A DNA stretch of 58,363 nt, the filler included, from Sluysia triapertura (taxonomy: Eukaryota): NCBI GenBank assembly GCA_046118255.1. It is 5 parts of 5 records of this genome, joined end to end, with 100 filler letters (N's around TTAATTAATTAA, not from the genome) between each part and the next. Parts side by side here need not be neighbours in the genome. Positions count along the whole stretch, not along the records: positions 11,184 to 22,400 come from JBJNIA010187246.1; positions 22,501 to 36,051 come from JBJNIA010033154.1; 3 more parts are not named here. One strand, written 5' to 3'. Positions 14,320-27,006 of the stretch are shown piece by piece (within the stretch, counting starts at the first letter, position 1; each line of letters begins with the position of its first letter). The position numbers and the translations under genes are program-made. Below the pieces are notes generated by a model. The model searched no databases. It worked only from the letters and a program-made list of their open reading frames with translations, and was not told the origin of the DNA.

Positions 14320-16320
14320 GATATATTTAAGCATAATGAACCTAAGTTAGCTTCTGCAATAATTATGGCATCTTTTGCAGTTCTTCGAGTACGAAAATTA
14401 TCAATATCCGTATTGTCCCCATTACTTTCAATTATTATTATTTAATGATAATGGTTATTTAATGATACATATTTAATGATAGTGGTATTTTAAGAAAATG
14501 CAATTTTAGGTGTTAATTGTGCTAATAGATTATGTAAAAGTAAACTCTAATTATGCCAACTTGCTTATTTATTTTTAACTATTGTGATTACCTTTTGAAC
14601 TTTTAAAATATTTATGGTTTCCTACACCTGCGGCATGATAATTTTTATAAATGCCTGCACTCACATTATTAAAATATTTAATAGTCCTACATTTTAATCT
14701 GGACATTATTATGTATAATTATTTTAGTCATACTAATTAATATTAAAAGTTAGTTCTAATTGTTCTTTTGGTATTTTAAGAACAGTTTTAAAGTTATTCA
14801 TAACATTAAAAATCAATTTATATTTTTGAAATAAATTCATTATTTTATTAATTCTTTTTAATATATTTACATGTAAGATATTAAAATAACGGCTAATACA
14901 TTTATTATTGAAAACAATCATGGATTTAATGTAAACTTATTTAGAGAAACATAATCTGCATAAAAATAAATGTTTATTAATACTTGAAAATGTTATAGTC
15001 CATACGCTAAATGGACCTCTTAAAGAAAAAATAAAAATATAATCATGATAATCTAATAAAAATTTTAAAGTATAATAATTTACCTTAAAAGAAACTTTTT
15101 ATCACTTACGGTATACATAGCATTATCCAGTACACGAGTGAATGAATCATTTTGAAATGTATGGCCACTGATGGAAAAACTTACTAGATTGATCTGTTTC
15201 TAAAGTAGTTAATAAATTAATAATACGTTCGGCAGCATGATTAATTTTTTACATTATCGAACGGTTGTCGTAACTCATTAACTCCATGTGCATATATACA
15301 AAGTTTTCACCGTTTGTAAGACATTGGCCAGTATACGACGTCCCATACATACATTATCCGGTTTTGTAGTAAAGTAAATGATTGTGACGTTCCGTATCTT
15401 CAGTGTTTCATTATATGAAGTAGAATAAACATCAGAAGTGTAATTCAATGTTACGCTTTTTAATTCATTTAACATGATATTCATCGGTCGGTTCATTTGG
15501 TCATATGACATAATCTGAGAACGATTTTTCATCTTATCATTTTTCTCCATTATAATGAGTTATAATAAAATTTATCAATTGAATTAATTCACTTTCCAAA
15601 CACAATCAATCTAATGATAGATGATATTGATAAAATATTCTCAACTAAAGTAGTAAATCAACGATATATCTTTTATTTTCAACCGAAATAAATTTTATAA
15701 TTACAAAATTATATTATTGAGAAAATATCGTTGAGCATAATAATTTTTTAAACGTTTTTGAACTAAAATAATTTGTTTTTTACTATTGATCTAATTCGTT
15801 GACCAATAGTGTAAGAACATCCGATAATGAAAAATCGCTTTTAAACGGCCAATGAGCTGAGATCGTTTTACCAAATGGTAGATTTTTATGACGAAAACTG
15901 TCACTTAATGACAGTGAATAAATGAACACAAAATTAAATGTCAAAATTGACATGTAGCATAATTAAAAATTATTGTAATAATATTGTTAAAATTAGTGAT
16001 GATAATAATGAGAATAATTAATAATAATAATAATAAAATTAGACTAATAAAAATAAGAATAAAATGCACTAATTTAAATAAATATAAGAAAATAGTAAAA
16101 ATGAAATAAATACAAGTCTTTGCATAAATTCTTATTTCTTACATATTCCTCTTCTTTAAATAGTTCTATTTCTATTCTTTGAATGTAAAATGGAAATGTA
16201 AAGAGAATTTATGAAGAAATATTTAAAAAGAGTAACAACATATTTAAAGGTGTTAAAAGAAATTCCATTTAGTTTATTGTTTTAAAATAAATTTAAAATG
16301 CAAATTTAATGATTTTTGAT
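14320..16320 (-). repeat. Dispersed repeat, copy B (homologous to 2245-4470)
   Basis: Collinear reverse-complement similarity, including the palindrome region, the unkempt exon and the following intron. Confidence 0.75.
15084..15550 (-). pseudogene. Unkempt-like CCCH zinc-finger gene fragment
   Basis: TLNYTSDVYSTSYNET / EDTERHNHLLYYKTG*CMYGTSYTGQCLTNGE / YAHGVNELRQPFD match Unkempt TFNYSPDVYC..GDTERKYHLRYYKTG..C.KNG..CAFAHG. Stop and frameshifts present. Confidence 0.78.
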
Positions 16321-17299
16321 GTTATAAACGGTTAAGAAGTATAAGAGTTATAAGCTTTTCTATATTATGATGTATTAAAATTTTAATTTATAAGGTTGAC
16401 TACCACAGTTCTAAATGCTTTTAGTTCTACAAATTCTTCACTATTTAAATGTTTTCGTAGAATGAATACAAGTATCATTAATACAAATACACTGATAATT
16501 TAAAATGATTATACGGGACTACTGAATATATTTTATAACCCTTAAACCTATGAAAAAATAAAAAGTATGTCAACCTCATTATATTTTGAAAAACAAAATA
16601 AAACTAGTTTATTATAATGATTCGTCATATAACTTCATTGTGGTGATCACGGAGAATATGTGGATACCATTGATAGTCCGGATATCATTCCGAGGCTGGA
16701 TTAAATTCTGATTTGATAAATTGGCGTTTATGTGACCTCTGCGACGTCCAGATATTGTTCTCTATTCCATTTTATGGTTACTAGGGACTCCATTAAATAA
16801 TAAAAATTTATTTGACCTTATTGTGCAAATTTTTATTTGTCCTTAATCGGCCAGTGTTCATTTATGATATTCAGATTATCTGTCATACCCATCAGATAAT
16901 CATTGTACCATTATTGTAGAACGAATGCTCCAATGTTTAGACAATCTAGACGGAAGAAAAAACCCGTTGAATTTGTAACATTTAAAAATAAAATTAAAAT
17001 ACCTCTATTAACATTATAAAGTACTTTATAATTAACACGTCTCTCCGGTGATTCGGGTACTTTTTCATTATTAAGTGTGATGATTTCTAATGAACATCAT
17101 CTTCATTTTCATCTGTAGCCTCTCCATTTCAGCTTCATCAGAAAGTTACTTGGTATGGTTGTAACACTTGAGAAAATCTTTTTGAATAATACTTGAAATT
17201 ATCAAATGAGACTTCAAATCATTTTTAATTTTCTAACACCTCAGCCAATTCCAAATTTTTAATTACAAGCACAACTTTACTGCTAGCAAAAATATTAAC

Positions 17300-19250
17300 T
17301 CTTAAAAGATTTTATTTTAAATAACCAAAGTCAGGTAAAATTTTAGGTTCAAACATACAATGGTTACCAAGCTTAGTTGATAGCTGTGTAAATTAATTGA
17401 TTGATACATTTTTAAAGTGATTGTGCATAACTATAAACAATCAATTTGGATTCTGATTGTATATGAAATATATTCTATTGGTTTCTTGCACCCCATAATT
17501 TTGCATTTACCATTTGCAAAAATAACGAATAATTTTTTAATTTATGTACTTACTGTTTTGGCTAGCACTGATTAAATTTTAAATGATTAGTGTCATCTAC
17601 AACGTGACTGTTGTAATTAATATTTACTAGCATAACATAGAAATGACGAATTATGTCTTTTTACCTATTTACATACCCACAGATGTCTATACACACTAAA
17701 CATTTGTATATAAATATTAAGCCCATTTTCTCTAGTATCAATTTTGCATAAAATGTTATATCCAAGTTGATAAAATACCACTTTTCGTCTGACCTACTAA
17801 AATTGGTTGGTTACCGAATTCGACTGACGCTTCGAAATCAACCGGTGCATCAAATTGGTCATTCGATGGTAAGCAAAATGTTTCTTCCCATACAGATACA
17901 TGAGATACAAAATTAGATAATCTAAACAATTTATTTATTTATTTATATTGGATTGGTGCATAAAATCGTGCGATTTTATTTGTTGCAAAAAAACACACCA
18001 AATTATTGTTTTAACTGATTTGAGTTATATTCATTTAAATCATTACCCTCCATTACCCTCATTAAAATGGAGTGTTCGGTTGAGAAAAATGAACATTTCC
18101 AGCATCTACTCCTTTTCTATTTTAATCAACATTTAAACGCTGCAGAAGCAACCAAAATCCGAAGTTCACTAACTCAAAATATTGTGCCTTTGGTGGGACC
18201 AAGTTGGTGTTGTTCATTACGAAATTTTGCCAAGAAACCAAACAATCAATGTCGAGTAAACACTGCAATCAAACGAAGAGGACCAATAAGAAACAGATAA
18301 TTTTACAGCATGGCAATGCTTGGCCTTATGTAGCCACAATGACTAAGTTGGCTACTGAAGAGCTTGGCTGGAAAGTTCTTCTCCATCCCCGACTTACCCC
18401 CAACAAATTTTCATCTTTTCCATTCCATGTCGAACCATCTTTCTGGTCTCACATTTGAAAACGCATAAGCAATAACGCGGATTGAAGAATTTTTCGACCA
18501 AAAATCACCAAGCTTCTTCAAACGTGGGATTGGCAAACTGCCAGAACGGTTGTGGCGAATAATATTTCACCGATTACGACCGAGATATTTGTTTTTCTAA
18601 TGATTTAATAAATTCATTATGTTATCTGGAGTTTTTGCATGGTTTGTATTCTTGATTAATATACATTTTCATAAATGTAAAAAACCGAACTTAGGTGCCG
18701 ACCCAATACAAAACATAGATTGTTTAACTCACATGAATGTACTTTCTACGATAAGATATAATTTACAAATTCAAATCACATGTAAAAATCATGGCAACTC
18801 AATTTATTTTATTAAAAATGAGTAAAGATAAAACAACACTAAATGAAATACTAAGCAAATTCAACGTACCAAATGTAATTCCAGAACATCTACGATATAT
18901 TAGAGGAATTAAGAAAGACAAAATGGCTCATATAAACCAATTTGGTGCGTATTAAATAATTGCGATAATATATTATATTTGATACTCCAAATTGTTTTTA
19001 TTTATTTATAGATATAGGCATACAAATAACATAAGATATTATCTTCCCTCTATAAACTAAAAAATCTATATCCAAGTTATCAATACCAAACACAAATGTA
19101 ATATAGTACTCACCCTAATTCAATAAGGTAAATTTAATATTCAATTTAACTAATCAGGACGCTCTAAACCATTACACAACACTCAACCGGTCTATACCAA
19201 TTCATAATAAAAAACGAGCCAAGTAGTTTAGAGCTGAGATTGCTTGAATA
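17300..19250 (-). pseudogene. Decayed membrane-protein gene, possibly ionotropic glutamate receptor-like
   Basis: Order of blocks WFI*AILSFLIPLIY (M1-like), LYLIVESTF..SNFVS (M3-like), APVDF..GNQPILVG..KSG and YFANGKCKIMG..IEYISY (S2-like). Weak similarity, many stops. Confidence 0.3.
17948..18706 (+). mobile_element. Internally deleted mariner element
   Basis: TA TSDs; TIRs TTGGATTGGTGCATAAAATCG / CGAACTTAGGTGCCGACCCAA. Transposase pieces MECSVEKNEHFQHLLLF, LQHGNAWPYVA..LGWKVLLHP and FFKRGIGKLPER. Confidence 0.92.
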
Positions 19251-20494
19251 AAGGTTTTTATTTAAACTTTAAATTTTCTTATATCAGAAACGAGTTATAA
19301 TTGCAACTCTTTAGATCGTACATGTTTATATTATGAATTCAAAGTTATTTTAGACTATAAAGGTATCAGAACTCATTGATTTTAAAGTTTAACAAATTTC
19401 AGATAATTAAAATTAAATGTCTTACAAAATTTTAAATTGACACTCATTAATCATTTGTAAAGAATAAACTTAAACTCAATATGTCGAAATAGAATTTAAG
19501 GTAATAACAAGTTTTTATTGCAATTTAATTTTTAAGTAATAAATTTTTAAGTCCCAAACACATGATTGCCATCTACGGTTCTCGACTGTCCTGCTCTATG
19601 AACGGTAGATTATAGAATTGAAATTTTGAAAATTTCTCTAGCAACTGTCAAATTATTCTTCATATACTTTTTCTTGTTGAATTATTGGTTTTTAGTTTTC
19701 ATTCTATAATAATCTTATTATAATCAGTCACGTACCTTAAAGATAATTTCTAAAACAGAATCGCTTTTTCTATAATAAATTTTATAAAACTGATCTTATT
19801 CTATGTATTTTTGTCATTTTATGGTCAATTTCTTCTACATAATAGTTGTACTATAATTTTGACCACATAATGTATTTATATTCACATCGTATTAGTTAGT
19901 ATTCATTTTTTAAAATGTTTTTTTCATTGCTTATCGGCTTTATCGTCGATCCATAATTGTTCGGCTATATTTGTATTTATTCCAATTTTTCAAGGTCGTC
20001 TGAAGTACTTCATTTACGAATGAAGATATTTTTCGAAGTATTTTAAAATACTGTCAATTAGTTTTGTATTTTGTTGGTGTTTAATTAGTTTCATTCATTT
20101 CCTAAGTTCAATATTTACATTATTAATATTATTAGTATTATTATTTTAATTTTTCGCTCTCACAACATAAAATATATGCAGTAATAATAATTAAATAATG
20201 CTATAATATTTGCACATCTTTTGGTTTTATACTTTGAATCATAATCATAATCACTTATTTTATTATTACATCTTAACTTCTGTATTTTTATTACTTCCGA
20301 GATATTCAGTTCTTCCACAAGGTACGTATTTTAGATTAAAATCATAATTTTGAATACTGTTCATGCTTTTATTGGTACCATTATATTTTAAAACAGGACT
20401 TTATATGACATGTCTTTAATTGAAAAATCGTTCTTACTGATTGAATCAAAAATAATTGTATATTTATAACTATATGATTCTAAATATACAAATA

Positions 20495-20690
20495 ACCATT
20501 TATTTATTACAAAAAAATAGTGGACTAAGTATTGATCTCTGAGAATCTCCATAATCTGTCTTATTTTACTTCACATTTAATATAACATATTGTTTTTTTT
20601 ATTTAAATACGATTCAAACCATTTTACTGAATTAAATAAGCAATGCATCGTGCCTTGAAAATTTCCGCAATAGTTTATAAATATTTTGTT
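20495..20690 (-). mobile_element. LINE (CR1/L2-like) reverse transcriptase fragment
   Basis: VKWFESYLN.. and YGDSQRSILSPLFF resemble WFxSYL..GVPQGSILGPLLF. Confidence 0.6.
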
Positions 20691-20784
20691 GTGTTAAAAT
20701 ATTTTTTAAATAATATTTATTCTTTTTAAATTAACTTAATTCCACACTGATTTTTTATTATAAAATTACTTTTCCCAACTAACA

Positions 20785-21071
20785 TCACATAATCTATCGC
20801 TACCAGCAGTATCCCAAACATCTATTTTAATCCGCTTATCGTTAATAGTTCTAATTAAAATTATCTTTTAATAATATTCTTTATTACTCATAAAATGTAA
20901 AAAAAGCAGCTGCTAATGTTGGAGATGGGTCCGATTGGTGCTTGTTCATAAAATTGTAACAAACAGTTGTTTTACCAACTCCTAAAAAAACAAAATCGAA
21001 ACAATTAAAATATTTTTTTAACCAGAATCACCAACTACAATAACTTTTCCATAGTAATCGAATTCCTTCAT
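20785..21071 (-). pseudogene. Rab-family small GTPase, Rab24-like 5' exons; 3' half degenerate
   Basis: MKEFDYYGKVIVVGDSGVGKTT..PTLAAAF..IKIDVWDTAGSDR across two short introns. No clean NKxD/SAK exons follow; a LINE fragment lies downstream. Confidence 0.7.
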
Positions 21072-22500
21072 TTTAAATAAAATTAAAATTATCAGAATTT
21101 ATTCACTGATATTTAATAATACAGTGAAACAAAATATATCATAAATGTTTATTATTATTATTTCTTCAAATTTAAAAATTGAATATAATAAAGTATTTTA
21201 TAAATATTAAAATTTTATTTTACTTTTTGTTGAATTAAGTGTTTCATAAAACTTTTTGCATTTTTATTTTACATGGAATTTTAATGTTAATAAAATGGAA
21301 AAAGTTAAATTTCAATTTAGTAAATAAAACAACTTTTGACAAAATTTTTGGTTTTTGAAATATCAAAATTAATGTTTTTAATCAATATTTGATATAATTT
21401 GTATAGTTTGGATTATTATTGCAAAGTATAAATTAATGTGATTATAAATTATACAAATTTTTACGATAGTTTAAAACTATAATAATTCCATTATTATTTC
21501 CAATATCTCTCCATTGAGTGCTTACTTAATTTATGTAGAGTATTTGAAATAAATTTGTTTTACCATTGGGATGCCTTGATAACCCAATTTTTGTTATCAC
21601 AACCGAATTGAAACTAGAATTGACTTGCGAAACAGATATTAAAGAAATAAATATAAATAAAATCATTACATAACAATCAGAACGAAAAAAACTCGAAGAA
21701 CAATATAAGTTTAAGAAATTAACACTAAATAATAAAATAAATTCTATAAAGATATAGGCACAATATTATGATTAAAATTAGATCTTCATTTCATTTTAAC
21801 ATTGAAACATTCTTGATTCATGTAAGGTCGCTTAATGTATAAAAGAAATATAGTAAAGACATAATAAGAAATAGCACAAAGTTCTAGAAACATAAAAGCT
21901 TTTTATACTAAGATATTTTAGTATTATAATTATTTAAATTAATTAACATCTAAGTAAATTTATGTCCAGATAGTGTTTATTTTACCTTACAACAACTTTA
22001 GTTTATCTCGTAATAACTTTAGTTTATTTCATAAGTTCTATTTTTCAATCCCTTTTAATATGAATAAAAGAGTCACTAAAGTTTATTTATACAAATAAAT
22101 ATTAAAACTATATCATACTTTAAGAGGTTAAATCAAAAAAATATAAAATAAAATATAAAAAATAAAATATTTACTTAAATCAGAGATTAATCTCAATCAA
22201 TAATCACAATGTAATAAGCTGTAAGAACGTTATTTATTGTATTACTAACGCTATCCTAAATTGTTATATTTACGTTTAATTTTAGAATTTTATACATGTT
22301 ATATTTATTATATTTAAATTTTATAAAATTATAAATTTTGATTTCATGTTATCTTTATATATTCTCAATGTAAAATAGTTATTATATAATAATAATAATA
22401 NNNNNNNNNNNNNNNNNNNNNNNNNNNNNNNNNNNNNNNNNNNNTTAATTAATTAANNNNNNNNNNNNNNNNNNNNNNNNNNNNNNNNNNNNNNNNNNNN

Positions 22501-22573
<73 letters not shown>
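22501..22573. repeat. (TAA)n microsatellite (also ~8389-8431, 28705-28730, 36253-36306, 47354-47422, 48869-48915)
   Basis: Seen directly; several abut assembly gaps. Confidence 0.95.
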
Positions 22574-22790
22574 CTCACTTTTGCTATTGCTGTATTGTAA
22601 AAATATTGAAACGCCTCAAAAGGAAGTATAGAATTCTTTTTGATTAATTTGTAAAGAATTGTTCGAACTTCTTCTGGGCCCAGTTTCTGATTCTTCAATT
22701 GCTAAATTTAAATGCATTACGTATTTATGAAATTATACTTAATTTTTTGAGATTTTATTCTAATAATACTTTGACTCAAAAAATCATATA

Positions 22791-23188
22791 TAAAGGAGAC
22801 AAAAATAATTAAACTTACAAGCGAAAAAGGATTTATTAATAAAAATAGTGAGCGTACTTAGTCGAAAATTTTACTGTGGAAAACTACTGTTATGAAGGAA
22901 AATTATAATATCAGTATAAAATTATAATAAAATCATTATTGCTAATAATGAGATACTATTAATTGGAATTTACTAGAAGAATATATCATTATTTTGTTTA
23001 AATCCGTGAGTAGTAAGTACAAAGGTTTTAATATTCTAAGATCTAAACTCGCACTTAATTTATAAGTTAAACTTTTACTAGTTTAAAGCTAGCGTCAAAC
23101 TATTTTTAAAATCTAATCAATATTAAGGAAGCAAACCTAATATCGCAATATTGTACAAATTATAAATTGATTATTTTTGTCTCCCTTA
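22791..23188. mobile_element. Putative ~400 bp MITE
   Basis: Inverted ends taaaggagacaaaaataattaaactta and taaattgattatttttgtctcccttaa. Confidence 0.55.
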
Positions 23189-23367
23189 AATCTGTACATG
23201 TGTATATTAAAATCTAACTGTATTTTGACGACTAAGTTAAGCTAGTCTTAAACTATTTATTTCATTTGTAAATTCTAATTTCAGTTATCAGCTAGAATAA
23301 ATCTAACTTTAAGGCCTAAAATGCCATTTAGTATAATTGACTATAATAATCTAAAATTGCTAAACGG

Positions 23368-26264
23368 TTAACACACCGAAACACCCACATCCTTCGGTAC
23401 AATCTCTTTGTCTCAAATTCAGTAAGGAAACTCTCTCCCTGATTTATCGCCTGCATCCTCCAAAGTTTCCTAATATTATGTCTCAAATTAAATTCCACAG
23501 GATATTTCAAAAGGATATTAATCTTAACAAGATCTTTGAAAAGAATCAGACCAAAGAGCACTGACCCTCCTCTTATCACTTCTTATGCTGATGAAATCTG
23601 TCTTTACTACAGTTCAGGCGTTGTTCCACCATTCGATCCATCTAAGATTGGTGTAACACATTACTTTATGGATCTCTCAACCTGTTCTCCCTATTCTGAA
23701 GTAAATCTTAATAATCATGAAGTATTGCAAAAACTCTGCACCGGGACCCAATAAAATCACATTCGAACAAATCAAGAATGTTGATCCCACAGCGAAGTTT
23801 CTTTTAATTTTCTTCAATAAAATACTTCAAACTCAAAACGTTCATCAGCCCTGGAAATCTTATAATTAAACAAAATAAATTCTATCTGCACACGTAGTTT
23901 CTTCCTGGCGCCTTGTTGCTGTTCTGGATTCTTTGTACAGCATCTTTACAAAGATTCTCAATGTTCGACTCTTATCATGGATTCATTGTGGGAACCTCAT
24001 CAGTAACCATCAAGCTGCTCTTCTTCGCTCTGATTGTTGCACTGAACATAATTTCCTCCTTCATTCTCTTAATCATAAAAAATACCATAAAATCCAACTC
24101 CACATCATCTTTCTTGACTTGGCTAACACGTTTGGTACACCTTATCTTGTATGGGTCTTCATCAATCCACCCTTAATCTTACCAGAAATCTTTACGATTC
24201 TTCATCGACTCAATGCAAGTATAATAACTTCTTGACGGATAAAGTACCAATCAAATGTGGAGTCAAACAGGGTTGCCCAATATGTGTTGGTGGCTCCTCT
24301 TTTCCTCCTTAACTTGCCTATGCGGATGAGACAGCTACTTCCCATGGTAAGATTCAACAAATGCTTAATTGAATAGTTAAAAAGGCCAAGTCAGCCAATT
24401 TAATTTTCCATCCCAACAAATGTTTTTACTTTAATAATCTCCCGGAAAGCGAGCTCTCCCTATACATTGACAATGTACCTATTCCGGCTATGAAAGATGG
24501 TGATAAAATCATCTACCTGGGTTTCCTTTTGGCGGAGTCAACTTGAAAAAGCAGAACAAAAATTCACTTTTGAAGGAAAACCTTTGATTTTCTCAAAAAA
24601 CTGAATCCTTGTAGTCTTAGTTGTAAAAACAAGTTTCTTATGTACCGCAACTTTCTTCATTCCCGCTTTCATTGAGTAGCCTGCATGCGAAGCAATCCAA
24701 GAATCTCCCTCAAACTGCATATTATGATGAAAAGGTTCGCCAAATATTTAAACATTTTCTGGGCCTTAAAACCTTTCCTCTTAATAATAATTTCTTTGCG
24801 CACAAGAACCACAGTGGTCTTAGTCTCATATTCTCCTGCGATGACTGTATGTGCCAAAATGCAGTCAGTGCCTTTCGACTCTTCAATAGTCGCACATCTT
24901 TTATCCGCACCCTTGCGCTGAATGAACTGTTGAGAGTCACTAGAGCACGACTTAACAAGGTTGCTAATGCCTCTGATGCCTTGATGTGGTTAAATGAATG
25001 TCAGCTGGACAAACATGCGCACTTTCAAACCTAGTGGTCCAAAATTCTCAATGCCCTTTTTAACTTACAGCGAAAATACAAGATTTCTGACGCTTTCCTC
25101 TGCTCCAATGATGACAATCAGATTAAATTATCCATTAGTTGTGAATCCTAGGTGGCAGCGAAAATAGCATCATTTTTAATCGGTTTCATAAGGATAAACT
25201 TGGTAAATACCTTCATGAACTGATTAACATTTCCAATAGTAAATCTTGGAAATCCCTCAAATGTCAGGGTAATTTGTTGACTGTCTCATGAAAAGTCCAC
25301 TCTCGGCAGACCGTTCTCCCTTCAACTTAGCGATTCTTGCTGGGCTTTCATGCTCAAGGCACGTAACATCATCCTTAAATTAAATTTCTCGCCACATAAC
25401 ATTTGCCTTCACCAAACTTTAACTTGCCACTGGTGTGGGTTTGAGAAAGAATCTATTTCTCATGTCCTTTGTTTGTGTCCTCACACTCGCATCGGTCGAA
25501 CTGTGAGACACAATAAACTTCTTGAGTACTTGGTTGAGATTCTTTCTCCTAAGGGCTTTTCCGTAAAAAAGGATCTTCAAACGCCGATTATTGGAGACAC
25601 TCGACGCCCAGATATTCAGCCCGGGTTACTAATTCGTCACAACTTTTTCTCCAATTGATATCTATGAGAACTTTAAATCTAACTTGTCTGTGGAAAACTG
25701 CACGTGCAACTAAGTGTCAGGTTTCCCTCGATACCTTTGTGTGGGTGCCCTTGGTTCCTGGGATCCTGATAATGACCATCTTCTTAAATCTTTGGGTTTT
25801 CGCAAAGCAGAAATTAAGACTCTAGCTCGTCAGCGTGCTCAGCTTTCCCTAGAGTCTTCTTTTAATATTTATAAGGACCACACCCTCCAGTTTCCTGATT
25901 AACTAATTTATTTCCTCTTGTATGTTTGAAAGTTTTCTTACAAATTACTTTATTTCTATTTATACTTTTCTACCGTCTTTTCATGTCTGGTTCTCCTTTC
26001 ACTTTTCATTTTTCAACTCTCTTTCTTCTCCTTCCTCACTACTCATTTGCTCATTTCAAATATTTTTTCTCTCTTCACAAACTGGAAGCCGTCACGTCAA
26101 AATGGTCCAATCCAGAACAATTCAGACTATTCCAACCAATTCAACAAGATCCAGTGGCATTAACTTTGAATTTTACAAATTAACATTGTTTTGATCCCAT
26201 TTTTTAAAACTATCTTTGATTATTTATACTTTGTACCATGTATTAAAAATAAAAGTTTTCAATT
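23368..26264 (+). mobile_element. 5'-truncated, decayed RLE non-LTR retrotransposon (NeSL/Utopia clade), element 1
   Basis: RT motifs SAPGPNKIT, PWKS, SWRLVA, CCTEHNF, FLDLANTFG, GVKQGCP, AYADE, FHPNKC, YLG. Then FMLKARN, CxxC-H-C knuckle, RHN, RPDI, VGALGSWDPDN, IYKDH. Pyrimidine-rich 3' UTR with AATAAA. Confidence 0.92.
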
Positions 26265-26308
26265 CATTGAACTGCGAGAAGTTCCGGGTTCGATCCCCGG
26301 TCAGTCCA
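26265..26308 (+). tRNA. 3' half of tRNA-like gene (anticodon/T arm/acceptor) abutting element 1
   Basis: cattgaactgcgagaagttCCGGGTTCGATCCCCGGTCAGTCCA plus flank ttgtatgaagtctaaca, near-identical to 32095-32160. Confidence 0.85.
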
Positions 26309-27006
26309 TTGTATGAAGTCTAACACATCCTTATTTATATAGTTGTTTACTGAATTAAATTTCGTTAACGATATTTAATGAAGTCTTTTAATAATAAACC
26401 TTTCAGTTTCTTAGAAGTTTTATTTTACTGAATTAGATAGTAAGTTTAGATCCTCAAATAAAAGCCATTATAATCGACAAATTCTACGAGATCCTTTAAA
26501 ATTGAGTAATATTTTGCATTTAGGTTAAGTTAAAAGGAAAACCTATCAATATTCTTACCAATAAAAACTATCTCATAGTATCTTTATAAATCACTTCAAA
26601 CTTAACAAAATTTGTTTGCAGTTGGCTACAAATCACCTTGTAAAATTCCGTTTTGATTTAGGTTAAGATACAAGATATGAATTAAAAGATATTTAAATAT
26701 TATTTTGCCGCATATATTTCTATAATTATGTTTTACGATAATATTACATTTGTTTAAATGTGCTTCGAAATATATTTTAATAGCTACTTGTGAATTTTAG
26801 GAATATTTTAGTACAGATATGAATGTATAGTTTTCATATAAGTTAACGTCTAAAAATATAGATATTTTGATACGCATTTACTTCTTCATGAAAATATGAC
26901 CCTAAAAGGTATGACTTAATATATAGATCTTCTTCTTATAATGAACATTAAAAAATTGTTTTAAAATTATCCACTTTTTAATGCCAATTTCTACATCACA
27001 TCTTCA

